Positions 51,201 to 57,628 are shown, counted from the first letter of the stretch. The stretch is 64,000 bases of DNA from an archaeon GW2011_AR20 (GCA_000830315.1 CP010426.1:442743-506742); one strand, 5' to 3'. Made by a program: numbers and translations. Notes: generated by a model from the sequence alone, not told the origin.

Positions 51201-51341
51201 CAATCTTCTTGGTATTCTTTCATTAAATCTTAAATTTTTATCTGAATTAAGTTTATTTAGTATATTATTTTTTACCCTACTTTTACCCTTTGTTTTATTT
51301 TTATTCCTTATGTAATCCTTTCTTTTTGTCCTTTTATGCAA
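39282..51341 (-). CDS. Giant (4019 aa) cell-surface protein: N-terminal TM, S8 subtilase, three nested LamG pairs, Ig/FN3-like repeats, C-terminal TM
   Basis: ILDTGI / DHGHGT / GSSLSAP triad; repeated LamG motifs (PFDE...RIYNKAL); very N/T-rich; terminal hydrophobic helix followed by KKRR. Confidence 0.9.
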   Translation of the reverse strand: MHKRTKRKDYIRNKNKTKGKSRVKNNILNKLNSDKNLRFNERIPRRLLRDAPVPHSSSVYAHAQPQDSANLRPIGISNLSKVLSLILIVFIGLGLFYYFGSFGITGLVIYSDSTITLDVNSLVSKDAQIFVNVGAEEQIKPITGFDLPLMNESYYVSSLNVDIISLNFSLDPGTYSFVVSLIDNSTLIAITSKDITISLEQPVIERPQEPVQEQVNETNLTLPEIINETNTTVPEPLPEPVVSNISDLSKVEQEVLDEINSKGSARVIVKKTFNLVTTADLINELEQNITIDELRFVKRGELASDIKKEFENNSFDLNDYARLEEEFSETDTSKRVLSVVQLTDGANKLAELINKSEIITVEQEVDDIVALNVDVNMLNKMINLSSVNQIILDNEVNLFVQDAINITKVNVVQQLGYSGNGKSVCILDTGINYNLFGLILNQTIHGYDFVNQDDDPLDDHGHGTSVGNILLNVAPNSNVYAVKVINSNGVGYESDILAGLQYCINNNVDVISFSIGSRLSNGYCDSNIVANKSNYAVEQGIHIIAATGNDGSNTEIRVPACASNVLRVASSNKQDNVSSFSNVYLNDLLAPGQDINTVDLSGNSTALSGSSLSAPLVSGAALLILENQSYNPGNLTHLFRSTSDVIFNDGIRDYERLNLYNALINNITHVPFDYDANQANVTSGEFFGFANPSFNTPTLNSTDVRTNNTNVNISLSIVSTDATGLYNITTWYENNQSLLVLNMPFVTNTTDVKDYSGYNNNGTISGALWQRYLNEDNNSLVLLLPFDEDNSTTAIDASDYRNDGVLSGVALNTNNCVTGTCYTFNGVNSNITTNNLNLGGANEFTVETWIYPLSAQETAVNYRNTIYSGHVFATPSWWLEVFGNDIVIQNLTTPFPTVSTTGDIIQNNQWYLVSLTKTGSAVNSNLTIYVNGALKISGLMNTTPTTRSFIGSLGGTAGDKDIFNGTMDNFRIYNKALTSSEIQDHYEKYKLYYQPSFKFDGKQGINFTRGQLGTAINSSSAITMEAWVNQKSFPSPTGAQVVLAGTIGNSGGGFGITILGAGTVSVGGRSIASDAIQQTSSLSNISLNNWTHIVGEMEFANDLIKIYINGKLDKTFTASFSRDQYNHSILSTATKDTIGFFDGQNRYFNGSIQGVRIYNRSLSANQIYELYNSYNTSGINTLVSEETTAGRTYKAQVYVANSSDLGVSDNTSEVLILDNYLTFTNNPVINSTNAQNTTEQDLNVYFTPDNTGITLNYSIEVFKNNATQFLLADIPATANTFAQFIINNANTTKGETWKAQVWLTDSLSNSSLVNTSELLILNYIPNITFNLINTTDISTNNTNVNLTLFINNTDYDNDIVANITNWYENNQSILVLNMPFVTNTTDVKDYSGYNNNGTISGALWQRYLNEDNNSLVLLLPFDEDNSTTAIDASDYRNDGVLINAKLNTSCITGTCYSFDGSGDYININDSNDNLDISLNNSFTIEYWMKYDKSDATVRDIISKWSSSVSKKQYRIYHQNNILAMILSKDGTTNSNTLTSSASLTANQWYYVTWFFNGTSVALYINGNLDKQQAFSNGAVFNADIPLRIGASADAQAYQGIIDNVRIYNKALTSSEIQDHYEKYKLYYQPSFKFDGVNNLINITTSSRSLGLSQELWVRNITNSTWVHLINNSGDLFVNGINASDNLYPIPISNKTNSIRIGIYDNEVYFNGSILSVRLWNRSLSANQIFELYNSYNTSALNKLVSEETTAGRTYKASLYASDTYADSSQVNTSEILITASAPNNFTLYLPGNNTKFKNSSNEVNISWVSSSDIDAGTLTYYAQVARDASFADTIYQGITTSTFNTTNALTNGTYYARINSTDGSLWSGYSNIISFIINTVPFSYNIQLSSSNGTNLTLENLTLSYNLQDTDLGEDLFNITNWYENNQSLLVLNMPFVTNTTDVKDYSGYNNNGTISGALWQRYLNEDNNSLVLLMPFDEDNSSTAIDSSDFKNNGVLSGATLNRTDCITGNCYSFDGTNDFINLIDKSSLDFGASDFSIELWIKHPVSAITNGRIVYKGASSATDVGYALLGDAQNIFALSNGSTRLLVTAGKTNFNNDLWNHIAITVKRDNNITIYTNGIIDSSSSNPLNVSNFSGSVSNTKEFILGSIDGTGTFWNGSIDNVRIYNKALTSSEIQDHYEKYKLYYQPSFKFDGVNDMINITKDINDDFGKTGFTMESWIWNNINDQPQMSSSGVNILSDVGSGISDRYELRINNISSSPVIYYRIQDSNAINEEVSNAGNLNNNSWNHIIVTYDNVNAQIRAYANGVLTNTNPTAFTGTISPNDNLYIGIAGLVRDYKGSITGVRIYNRSLSANQIYELYNSYNTSALNKLVSEETTKGNTYKASVWVSDTRDEDVQRNSTELLIGNTIPTIPVLSYPPNNTYFKDDTPEFFINNSDDPDNDTIYFVLEIDNAFDFTSINYYNGTIRKISNGTNSHNLSSALTDGIYYWRTLATDLQGNSSYTEIRNFTIDTINSTIDFTSPTEANNTYTNNSYIFINVTVTEANFANITFYLVNSTSVNATLFTSLNNNARWINLSPLNQNEVYYYNVSVADLANNINYSETRIITLDNTLPNNITLLSPGNNTISTNRTPLFTWNNVTELNFDNYTLEIDNDADFTSVQFTFIKYNNLTNSTHLMTTPLNDNTRYFWKITVTDKANNRNSTTFTYTTDNTKPAVTLNSPGNNQWLTASTVNFQYIPTDTPFNSNLQACDLYGNFTSTTFEKNNTQTPAGGAINTFTLILADSSYTWNVQCNDSAGNSARAAANFTVNLDTVRPSLSYSGQTEVNNSYKNQNFIFVNWTYTEANFANLTFRLFNTTGNVNTTVYTSTAYQINVSNYTIYLINPNERYTYNITLTDYALQMNTTETRTIILDTINPSLSYSEQTLANNTYYNSNTLFVNWTYSDTNFANFTFTLANLTGVVNQTIYNTTAYQINLTLPNTNYSYNLTIRDLANNYNETSTRVVVLDNAIPVPIYDSRTEANNTYVQRNWAFINITLTETNLANITYVISNSSFTNITVFGSRTLDINFTNLADGNYTYNVTIRDLANNVNSTETRTIVIDTVLPVPIYDNTLTLVNNSYFNKNWAFINITLTETNLANITYVISNSSFTNITVFGSRTLDINFTNLADGNYTYNVTIRDLANNVNSTETRLISIDAAVPLIEFGNSTEANNTQLRQNWTFINITFTETNVANITFRLFNQTSLVNETVSPSTNIIRAINFTNLPNINNIRYTYNVTIVDFSNNENVTETRTIILDNVLPSIPTLGNPRNDTWQLYDNSTSFGWQDSTDLENSTLNYEFQLSNNTVFNNTYFIKNINITQSNYTLTVNEMPSVGRHYWRVRAYDGTNYSSYSSLFQVDIVYAVINITSPNYNSIVRILNTYEFKVEEIANTNWTQRVNITFTAAGTSYGPFLMTNNSDPLTNYTYNFTIPNVNPGFLTVVATGYNETLSINATSRFRITIPETPAVTRPGITDAYSINTYTYPNVSANITVRSDLSVLLNTITVQIFQPNGTTSTLTSTVNNEDNADDEDFNYEHNYTFTPGDLGEHIIAVSITDTNYPDSAYIAYKNNSFYVNTSRGISLIASGAGLNNITLKDIYSRHTLNKLNNSENVTIIPGNYDIKVSTSKIEAELINGTIYENPITLCSFEDIEDTVDPPSNVRSVDQFTLDCGNSTYNSVNLTYNYTNIIGSVTFEENLNIYKCDSTSSCSWVRQNKSLDTTNNLIIARFSNFSVFMLSEDTSTTTTTVATSGGAGGGSGGGLSRLIAIDIIQPGNLTIYEEDTIITPIKIKNTGKTSLFGIFLVASTLNEGLELSLDNNFISALIPGQEDATNLRIVSRNFTGENAEVLVTAKVTTPVVQDQVKFLLNVLTGGKTKAEEQITFAEEFFNGNPECLELKELLDQAQIALDNREYDEAVKIVDSAIQSCKNLLSLEGKQPRLPTEAELSDLLILGLETLVFFILTYSMYNYYKKRRLRNLNK
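41781..42255 (-). repeat. Two identical 190-bp blocks (41781-41970 and 42066-42255) in tandem Ig-like domains
   Basis: Base-by-base comparison shows identity; offset 285 nt = 95 aa. Confidence 0.9.
44182..49150 (-). repeat. Three LamG super-modules with near-identical DNA junction blocks
   Basis: Block X about 45398-45577, 47026-47245, 48931-49150; block Y about 44758-44861, 46438-46541, 48340-48430; block Z about 44182-44311, 46072-46185, 47761-47882. Confidence 0.85.
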
Positions 51342-51613
51342 AATAACACCCCTTTAATTTAATGAAGTAAGAACTACATTTACCCCCCACAGTTCCTCTT
51401 TTTTCTAAATGCATTTATATCACTTTACAAATATAGATTTAGTTATCAAATTAAAATAATACATTCTCAACCTCTTTTTTAATAGTGCAAACCTTTTTAA
51501 TGAATATTGGTGGTGCAAACTCATATATAAATTTTGTTATAAACTCTATTAGTAAGAAAAATGATTTTTCATTACCCGAAAGATTTTAAAATTGTTTTAT
51601 CCAACCTTTTTAT

Positions 51614-51949
51614 ATGAGAATTTATCCAAGAGTCGAAATTCAAGATGAAAGGGCAATTCCCGTGGTTTATTTGCCAGATGAGAATTATCCTGAAAGAGTT
51701 TCCAGTTTTTATCAGAACAAAGGGAGGGAGGAAATTGAAGAGTATGTCAAATTTTTGGAAGCTTATTATGAGAAAGATTTTAGGCTATTTTGGGATGATC
51801 ATTTTGGACTAAAAAATATTGGATTAGGGATAAATTTTGGATTTGATTTAGAAGAATCTTCATTATGTTATATAGGCCATAACATACGTAGTCTTGATGA
51901 AGCAATTCCTTTATTTCTTGTTGCTGTAAAATACGCATCGTTACTTTGA
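51614..51949 (+). CDS. Hypothetical protein
   Basis: 111-aa ORF, plausible composition, no motif recognised. Confidence 0.55.
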   Translation: MRIYPRVEIQDERAIPVVYLPDENYPERVSSFYQNKGREEIEEYVKFLEAYYEKDFRLFWDDHFGLKNIGLGINFGFDLEESSLCYIGHNIRSLDEAIPLFLVAVKYASLL

Positions 51950-51958
51950 TTAGTATAC

Positions 51959-52363
51959 CTAATTTAAATTTATTTTATTTTCTTTACTTAACTCAATCAG
52001 GTCATTATAAACACTATTCAACCTTTCAAAAACCTTTGCCTTGTCAGATGCATCAACCTCTATTTTAGTATAAACCTCAAACATCTTATTATAAGTAAAA
52101 ATAGCATTGCTTAAATCCTTACCATTAATCAGCGTATTGATCTCGTTTAACAGGTTGTCAAATTCCAATAAGTGGTTAATAACATCGCTTTCCTTTTTAA
52201 ACTCTCTTTTAGCAATTTTTGGCTCTGCTTGTTTTATGGTTGGTTTTCTAATATCTTCAACAGCTTTTCCAACATAGATTGATTTAACTTTATCGCCAAT
52301 TCTCTGGCTCTTGTAATAATAAGAATAAACCCTGCCCCCTTTTCTGACTTTTCTTACATACAT
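51959..52363 (-). CDS. Hypothetical protein with basic Tyr-rich N-terminal motif
   Basis: MYVRKVRKGGRVYSYYYKSQRIGDKVKSIYVGK, similar to the N-terminus of 37858-38286. Confidence 0.65.
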   Translation of the reverse strand: MYVRKVRKGGRVYSYYYKSQRIGDKVKSIYVGKAVEDIRKPTIKQAEPKIAKREFKKESDVINHLLEFDNLLNEINTLINGKDLSNAIFTYNKMFEVYTKIEVDASDKAKVFERLNSVYNDLIELSKENKINLN

Positions 52364-52418
52364 TTTCCTAATAAATGTAGTGTAAAGTGTTGCTTAAATA
52401 CCTTTTGGTTACACTACT

Positions 52419-53138
52419 TTAAATCTTATAGAAATTTAAGGCTTCTTCCTCGATAAAATGCAGCTTTCCGGAAATGACTAAACACTGCGGGAATCTGTTA
52501 AATTTTAGATTTTTTAGTTCTTTTATGTTTCCATATTTAATCTCTTGCTTATTTGTTGACAATGCACTACACACAACACAGCTTAAGTTAAGGTTATTTC
52601 TTAATAAATATTCTAATGCCTGGTTAATTGTTAAAAATTTCTTGTTCTTTGGGTCTAAATCAAGTAATATTAATGTATGCAACCCAAGTTTTAGATTATT
52701 TTTTATTACTTCTATTGGCGCAATGACTTTCTCATTATTGAAAGGAATGCTGGTTGTCTTGCCAAAATTATATAATGATAAGCCGGTTTCTCCAACAGCG
52801 GTTAGTATTGAACTAGAATGTATGACCTTAATCTTAATGCCTTCTTTTTTGGAATCAATTAGGCAGTTAATATGGGTTGTGGCAGATAAAGGATCCCCAT
52901 AAATCAATAACCCAATATCCTTTTTTTTAGCTTCTTTTAAGATAATGCTGGCTTTGTTTTCAATCAACTCACGCCCAGCTATAATAACCTTCTTTTTTAT
53001 TATTTTTTCAAGCTCTTTTTTAGTAAAACCGAAACTTGTATAGTTTTCTAGGTAAAGCTTTTTGCATTTTTTTATTGCATCAAGGGCATTTAAGCTGATG
53101 TCTCTGCTGTTTAAACCCAATCCTATTAGATATAGCAT
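52419..53138 (-). CDS. dph5: Diphthine synthase
   Basis: MLYLIGLGL, LENYTS, GDPLSATTH, GLSLYNFGKTTSIPF, GLHTLILLD. Confidence 0.92.
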   Translation of the reverse strand: MLYLIGLGLNSRDISLNALDAIKKCKKLYLENYTSFGFTKKELEKIIKKKVIIAGRELIENKASIILKEAKKKDIGLLIYGDPLSATTHINCLIDSKKEGIKIKVIHSSSILTAVGETGLSLYNFGKTTSIPFNNEKVIAPIEVIKNNLKLGLHTLILLDLDPKNKKFLTINQALEYLLRNNLNLSCVVCSALSTNKQEIKYGNIKELKNLKFNRFPQCLVISGKLHFIEEEALNFYKI

Positions 53139-53168
53139 AAATTTTATTGGAAAACAACAAATAAAAGC

Positions 53169-53318
53169 TTATTGTTTTTTTAATTCTTGCTTTCTTTTTT
53201 TAAGCTCTTCTATTGTTGGTAACCTTCCGGTTTTTTCAAATTTAACTAAAGCTTCAAACATTTCTGGATTTTCTTTGATAATCTCTTTAGCCCTTTTTAG
53301 TATTTTACTATCCTTCAT
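53169..53318 (-). CDS. Small hypothetical protein (49 aa), absent from the ORF track
   Basis: MKDSKILKRAKEIIKENPEMFEALVKFEKTGRLPTIEELKKRKQELKKQ*; fills the gap between co-oriented genes. Confidence 0.55.
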   Translation of the reverse strand: MKDSKILKRAKEIIKENPEMFEALVKFEKTGRLPTIEELKKRKQELKKQ

Positions 53319-53368
53319 TTTCAGCTTAACTTTATACCTCTTGGTGTGTATAATGCGTATAAACCTTT

Positions 53369-54067
53369 CTATTTACTAATTATAAAGAATATTTCCTCTT
53401 CAGAATCAACTATCTTATAATCATATCCCAATTCTCTTAAAACCCTTCTAAACCAGGATCTTCCAGATTTTCTGATTTTAACCTTCTTTCCAAGGGCTAC
53501 TTTAGAAAAACTAACTATTATCACCTTAGACTTAACCTTGTTTAGTAAATTCTTACTAATGCCTTTTTTAACAGCCTCAAGACTTTCAAGGAGTTTTAAA
53601 ATTAAGCATAAGTCTGCTTTCGGAAGATTATCAAGATTATTATCTGCTAAATTAAAAACAAAGGCCTTGCCATTTATTCTGTTTTTCTTAAAAAATTCGT
53701 TTATTTTATTAATCTCCTGCTTGTTAATATCATAGCAATAATATTTTAACTTATAACCTGTAGCGTATCTTAATGACTCTAATCCACAGCCCAAATCAAT
53801 TATGGATTTTGGCTTAAATTCATCAAAAATATCTTTATAAAACCCTAAACTTCTCTCTTCTTTTACTTTTCTGAAAACCCCGTAGACCTCTCTTAATTGT
53901 TTTCTTAGGGATTTAAACATTAATCTATAACTTTTACTTTTTTCATTGCCTAAATCAACTTTATTTCTAGTTAAATAGTCATTTATCCTTATTTCTATGA
54001 ACTTTTCATCTATGTCCTTTAATTCTCTCTTACTTTTTAATTTATTTATTAAACTGGTTAATTCCAA
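53369..54067 (-). CDS. SAM methyltransferase resembling the ArmA/Rmt/FmrO 16S rRNA m7G family
   Basis: KSLRKQLREVYG; IIDLGCGL; YCYDIN; DLCLILKLLESLE; IIVSFS. Confidence 0.6.
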   Translation of the reverse strand: MELTSLINKLKSKRELKDIDEKFIEIRINDYLTRNKVDLGNEKSKSYRLMFKSLRKQLREVYGVFRKVKEERSLGFYKDIFDEFKPKSIIDLGCGLESLRYATGYKLKYYCYDINKQEINKINEFFKKNRINGKAFVFNLADNNLDNLPKADLCLILKLLESLEAVKKGISKNLLNKVKSKVIIVSFSKVALGKKVKIRKSGRSWFRRVLRELGYDYKIVDSEEEIFFIISK

Positions 54068-54521
54068 TTGCCAAACCCCCTATTGAAAAACCGATTATAA
54101 AGCCACCATAATTCAAATTAGTTAATAAAAAAGTGAAAGGTAGTGCAAATAAAATTAAACTTATTAATAAGAATTTCCTATTTATTTTCTTTAAAGCACT
54201 TTGCGTTAATCCTAAGATAAAAATTAATATGCTAAATAAAATCTCATCATTAATATGCATTGAACTAGCCAGCATTAATGAACTTCCATAATAAAGGTAG
54301 TTGTTTTTAATGAAATAATTTGTTATTAATCCAATAAGTAAGCCCACAAAAAACATTAAACTGAAATTTGCCGATAAGATTAGCCTAATTATAATTCCGG
54401 ATATTGTAATAAACGAGATAATTTTTATAAAATTCTTAATGTCTTTTAGCTCATTCCTGAATTTTTTTGCCAAGATAATTCCGATTATCAATCCCAAAAA
54501 TCCGATTATTTGGAAAACCAT
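54042..54521 (-). CDS. Hypothetical membrane protein
   Basis: Several hydrophobic segments. Confidence 0.6.
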   Translation of the reverse strand: MVFQIIGFLGLIIGIILAKKFRNELKDIKNFIKIISFITISGIIIRLILSANFSLMFFVGLLIGLITNYFIKNNYLYYGSSLMLASSMHINDEILFSILIFILGLTQSALKKINRKFLLISLILFALPFTFLLTNLNYGGFIIGFSIGGLAIGINQFNK

Positions 54522-54626
54522 GATAAGAATTAGTATTGGAGTTATAAAAACCTAACTAATGTATATATTATAGTGTAACCATTTTAAAATAGCAACCTTT
54601 ATAAATAAGTTAATCATTCCAGAATT

Positions 54627-54887
54627 ATGGGTGATGTAAGATATTTTGAAGAAAAGGGGAAACTGTATAAGATAGATAATGATGGTGAGAAATACAGGAT
54701 TTCTTTTAGTGAGGAATTGCAATTAAAGAATCTGAAAGCTGCCAAAGAAAATAAAAAATGGCTTAAGATGAACTTTTACGGGAAAATGGTCCTTGCCGGC
54801 TTGATGCTAGTTTTAGTTGTTGCGCTTATATTCTTGTTATACAGGCTAGACCAGATTAACTTCTTTACTGGAATATTATACCGATAA
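54627..54887 (+). CDS. Hypothetical protein with C-terminal TM
   Basis: 86-aa ORF with one hydrophobic helix. Confidence 0.55.
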   Translation: MGDVRYFEEKGKLYKIDNDGEKYRISFSEELQLKNLKAAKENKKWLKMNFYGKMVLAGLMLVLVVALIFLLYRLDQINFFTGILYR

Positions 54888-55009
54888 GTAGCTCAAGAAA
54901 AAAGAGAAGGTGCTAAGAATTGGAGTCTAATACAAGCTTGGGTTTAGCTGATTTTTTGCTTAATTTTTATATAAGCAAGATTAATAAACCTCTGATTAAA
55001 ATCTAGTTT

Positions 55010-56833
55010 ATGCAGGTTCTATTTCCTTATGATAATATCAGAGAAACTCAAGATAATCTAATTAATGATGTTATTGAGTGTGTTAAAGATAAAAAACACC
55101 TGATTGCACATGTTCCAACAGGCATAGGAAAAACAGCCGGAGTTTTAGCTCCTTTGCTAAAATACTCCAAGGACAATGATTTAACAATATTCTTTCTGAC
55201 ACCAAAACACACCCAGCATACAATTGTTGTTGAAACTTTGAAATTAATCAAGGAAAAATATAAAATAAATTTGAATGTGGCTGATTTTATCGGAAAGAAA
55301 GGAATGTGCCTGCAGAATAATGTTCAAAATATGGAATCTTCAGAGTTTTATAATTTTTGCAATCACCTTGTTGAGAATAAAACCTGCGAATATTATGAAA
55401 AGTTCCACGATTCATCGGATAAAAACTACTTTATTAGTTCTATAAAGAAAAGATCCCCCATGCATGTTCAGGATTTAATTGAAATTTCCAGAATTGAAAA
55501 AATGTGCCCTTATGAGGCTACAGCTGAACTGGCAAAAAATTCAAACATTGTTATCGCAGATTATTTGCATATCCTGCATCCTCAAATAAGAGAAACATTT
55601 CTTAAAAAAATCAACAAGAGTCTTGATAAATGCATCCTAATTTTTGATGAAGCCCATAATTTGGATAGAAGAGCAAGAGAATTATTAAGCATCTCTTTAT
55701 CAGATTATTTGCTAGATTTAGCAATAAAAGAAGCAGATCGGTTTAATATTCCATTAGTTGAAGATTTAGCTGGTTTAAAGAATATTTTGCTCAGTTTTAA
55801 TTTTAAAGATGAAATGTTGATTAAAAAAGAAGATTTAACCAAAGAAATTAAAGATATCGCAGAATTAATCAAAAATTTGGATTATTCTTCAGAGATTGTT
55901 TTGGAAGAACAGAAAAGAAGCTTTCTTAACCACGTCTCTAATTTTTTAAAATCTTGGCTTGGCAAAGATGAAGGATTTGTTAGGATATTAAAAAAAGAAA
56001 TTAAAAATAATAAAAAAATCACAGAAATTAGTTATAACTGCCTCGATCCAAGTTTTATTACAGAACCATTAATTAGTAATTCTAATTTAATCATCTGCAT
56101 GTCTGGAACGTTGACCCCAACCAAGATGTATAAGGATTTGCTCGGGTTTGACAATGTTAAACTGGTTGAATATGAAAGCACTTTTCCAAAACAGAATGAG
56201 CTTAATTTAATTGTTCCAAACACTACAACTAAATTTACACTAAGAAATGATTTTATGTTTCAGAGAATCGCAAAAGAATGTTCCGATATAGTTAATGAAG
56301 TTCCGGGAAACTCAATAATCTTTTTCCCAAGCTATGATTTATTGAATAGAATTTACAGCAATTTTAAAAATTTATGCACTAAAAGAATATTTATAGAGGA
56401 TTCCAGCCATAATAAATCTGAGAAAGAGGATTTAATCAGGGGGTTTAAGGAAAATTATGAAAAAGGCTCTGTTTTAATGGCAGTAAGTTCAGCTAGTTTT
56501 GGCGAAGGGATTGATTTGCTTGGCGATTTATTGAAATGTGTTATAATTGTTGGAATACCTTTGTCAAAACTTGATTTAGAGACAAATGAATTAATAAACC
56601 ACTATGATAAAAAATATGGAAAAGGAAGAGATTATGCTTATATTTATCCTGCAATAATCAAAACATTGCAGAATGCAGGAAGATGCATAAGGAGCGAAAC
56701 AGACAAAGGTATTGTAGTTTTTTTAGATGAGCGTTATTCCTGGCCAAACTACAGAAATTGTTTTCCAAAAGACAAGCATTTTATAACTACTAGATTGCCT
56801 TTGGATAAAATTAGAGAGTTTTTTAAAAATTAA
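55010..56833 (+). CDS. XPD/Rad3/DinG-family Fe-S DNA helicase
   Basis: PTGIGKT; Fe-S cysteines (GMC, NFC, TCEYY, MCPY); DEAH; SGTL; EGID; QNAGRCIRSETDKG. Confidence 0.92.
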   Translation: MQVLFPYDNIRETQDNLINDVIECVKDKKHLIAHVPTGIGKTAGVLAPLLKYSKDNDLTIFFLTPKHTQHTIVVETLKLIKEKYKINLNVADFIGKKGMCLQNNVQNMESSEFYNFCNHLVENKTCEYYEKFHDSSDKNYFISSIKKRSPMHVQDLIEISRIEKMCPYEATAELAKNSNIVIADYLHILHPQIRETFLKKINKSLDKCILIFDEAHNLDRRARELLSISLSDYLLDLAIKEADRFNIPLVEDLAGLKNILLSFNFKDEMLIKKEDLTKEIKDIAELIKNLDYSSEIVLEEQKRSFLNHVSNFLKSWLGKDEGFVRILKKEIKNNKKITEISYNCLDPSFITEPLISNSNLIICMSGTLTPTKMYKDLLGFDNVKLVEYESTFPKQNELNLIVPNTTTKFTLRNDFMFQRIAKECSDIVNEVPGNSIIFFPSYDLLNRIYSNFKNLCTKRIFIEDSSHNKSEKEDLIRGFKENYEKGSVLMAVSSASFGEGIDLLGDLLKCVIIVGIPLSKLDLETNELINHYDKKYGKGRDYAYIYPAIIKTLQNAGRCIRSETDKGIVVFLDERYSWPNYRNCFPKDKHFITTRLPLDKIREFFKN

Positions 56834-56834
56834 G

Positions 56835-56989
56835 CGCCGAGGGTGGGATTTGAACCCACAAGTCCTTGCGGACACTGGATCTTTGTGTGGTACTACAGGT
56901 CTCTGAAGTACGACTGTACTTAGCAATCTTACGCCATAATTTCAACTCAGGAATCATGTCAGCGCAGTACCAGATTGTGCCACCTCGGC
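56835..56989 (-). tRNA. tRNA-Ser(GCU) with two introns: 29/30 (56929-56959, 31 nt) and 37/38 (56881-56920, 40 nt)
   Basis: Exons 56960-56989, 56921-56928 and 56835-56880 give an 84-nt cloverleaf GCCGAGG..CTGGA TT-GCT-AA TCCAG, long variable arm, GTGGG-TTCAAAT-CCCAC, CCTCGGC-G73; both introns form BHB-like folds. Confidence 0.92.
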
Positions 56990-57628
56990 ATGATGCATAC
57001 TGCCGGTTTTTTGAAAAATTTTATACTTATTTAAATGTTTCGAGTTTTTTGGTCTGATTTCTTTAATCCATTTATGTAGCATGAATTTTCCCGCAACACA
57101 TAATTTTGCACTATTATTGCAATTCCAAATATAATTACGAAAATTGAGCTCATTTAGTAGGATAGATAGATCTTTAATTAATTTTTTGGAAGCTAAATCA
57201 AATTCAATTTTTGGATAATAGTTATTTTTGGTATGATTTTTATCAAATCTAAGGCACCCATCGGTATCGAATAATCCTCTTAAAAACGCTAATTTAATTG
57301 AATGAGATGACTTTTTCACATATTCAGGTATTTTTACGGTATAAGTTTTTGTCCCCGGTCTAAATCCATAATGAAGGAAGAATGTTGTATCCTCTTTTTT
57401 AGAAATTTGAACCCCATAACATCCGTTCTTTCCCCCGCTTCTAAATTTTGCATGAAATTTTTTGTGAAATATGGTTTGAAGTAATTGGATGACGTTGTGG
57501 TCGTAATATTCCTTTTCATTTAATGCGCCTCTTAATTCCCAAACTAAGCTTCGATTAGTTTTGTATAATGTTCCATCTCCTATATGCATGCCAATCAATT
57601 CAGCAATTTTTGAATTTATTTTTAACAT
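56954..57628 (-). CDS. Free-standing two-motif LAGLIDADG homing endonuclease; last 12 codons run through tRNA-Ser exon 1 into intron 1
   Basis: IAELIGMHIGDG and AFLRGLFDTDG; C-terminus HAEVAQSGTALT* is the tRNA 5' exon read as codons. Confidence 0.88.
   Translation of the reverse strand: MLKINSKIAELIGMHIGDGTLYKTNRSLVWELRGALNEKEYYDHNVIQLLQTIFHKKFHAKFRSGGKNGCYGVQISKKEDTTFFLHYGFRPGTKTYTVKIPEYVKKSSHSIKLAFLRGLFDTDGCLRFDKNHTKNNYYPKIEFDLASKKLIKDLSILLNELNFRNYIWNCNNSAKLCVAGKFMLHKWIKEIRPKNSKHLNKYKIFQKTGSMHHAEVAQSGTALT
57029..57041 (-). promoter_or_regulatory. BRE/TATA-like element inside the LAGLIDADG CDS, upstream of the functional tRNA-Ser
   Basis: GAAACATTTAAAT, identical to 57831-57843 upstream of the orphan 5' fragment. 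Confidence 0.55.

Noticed and set aside
39282-51341. Diversity-generating retroelement acting on the LamG repeats
   Set aside because: No reverse transcriptase in the window; the repeats are in-frame domain junctions and the cores are too divergent for a TR/VR pair
54888-54960. GTAGCTCAA D-arm-like start of a tRNA
   Set aside because: No acceptor stem or T-arm can be assembled
56835-56884. tRNA-Leu (NAA) reading of the long-variable-arm 3' half
   Set aside because: The G73 discriminator and the BHB-defined micro-exon give anticodon GCU (Ser); the AAAG before A38 is intron sequence
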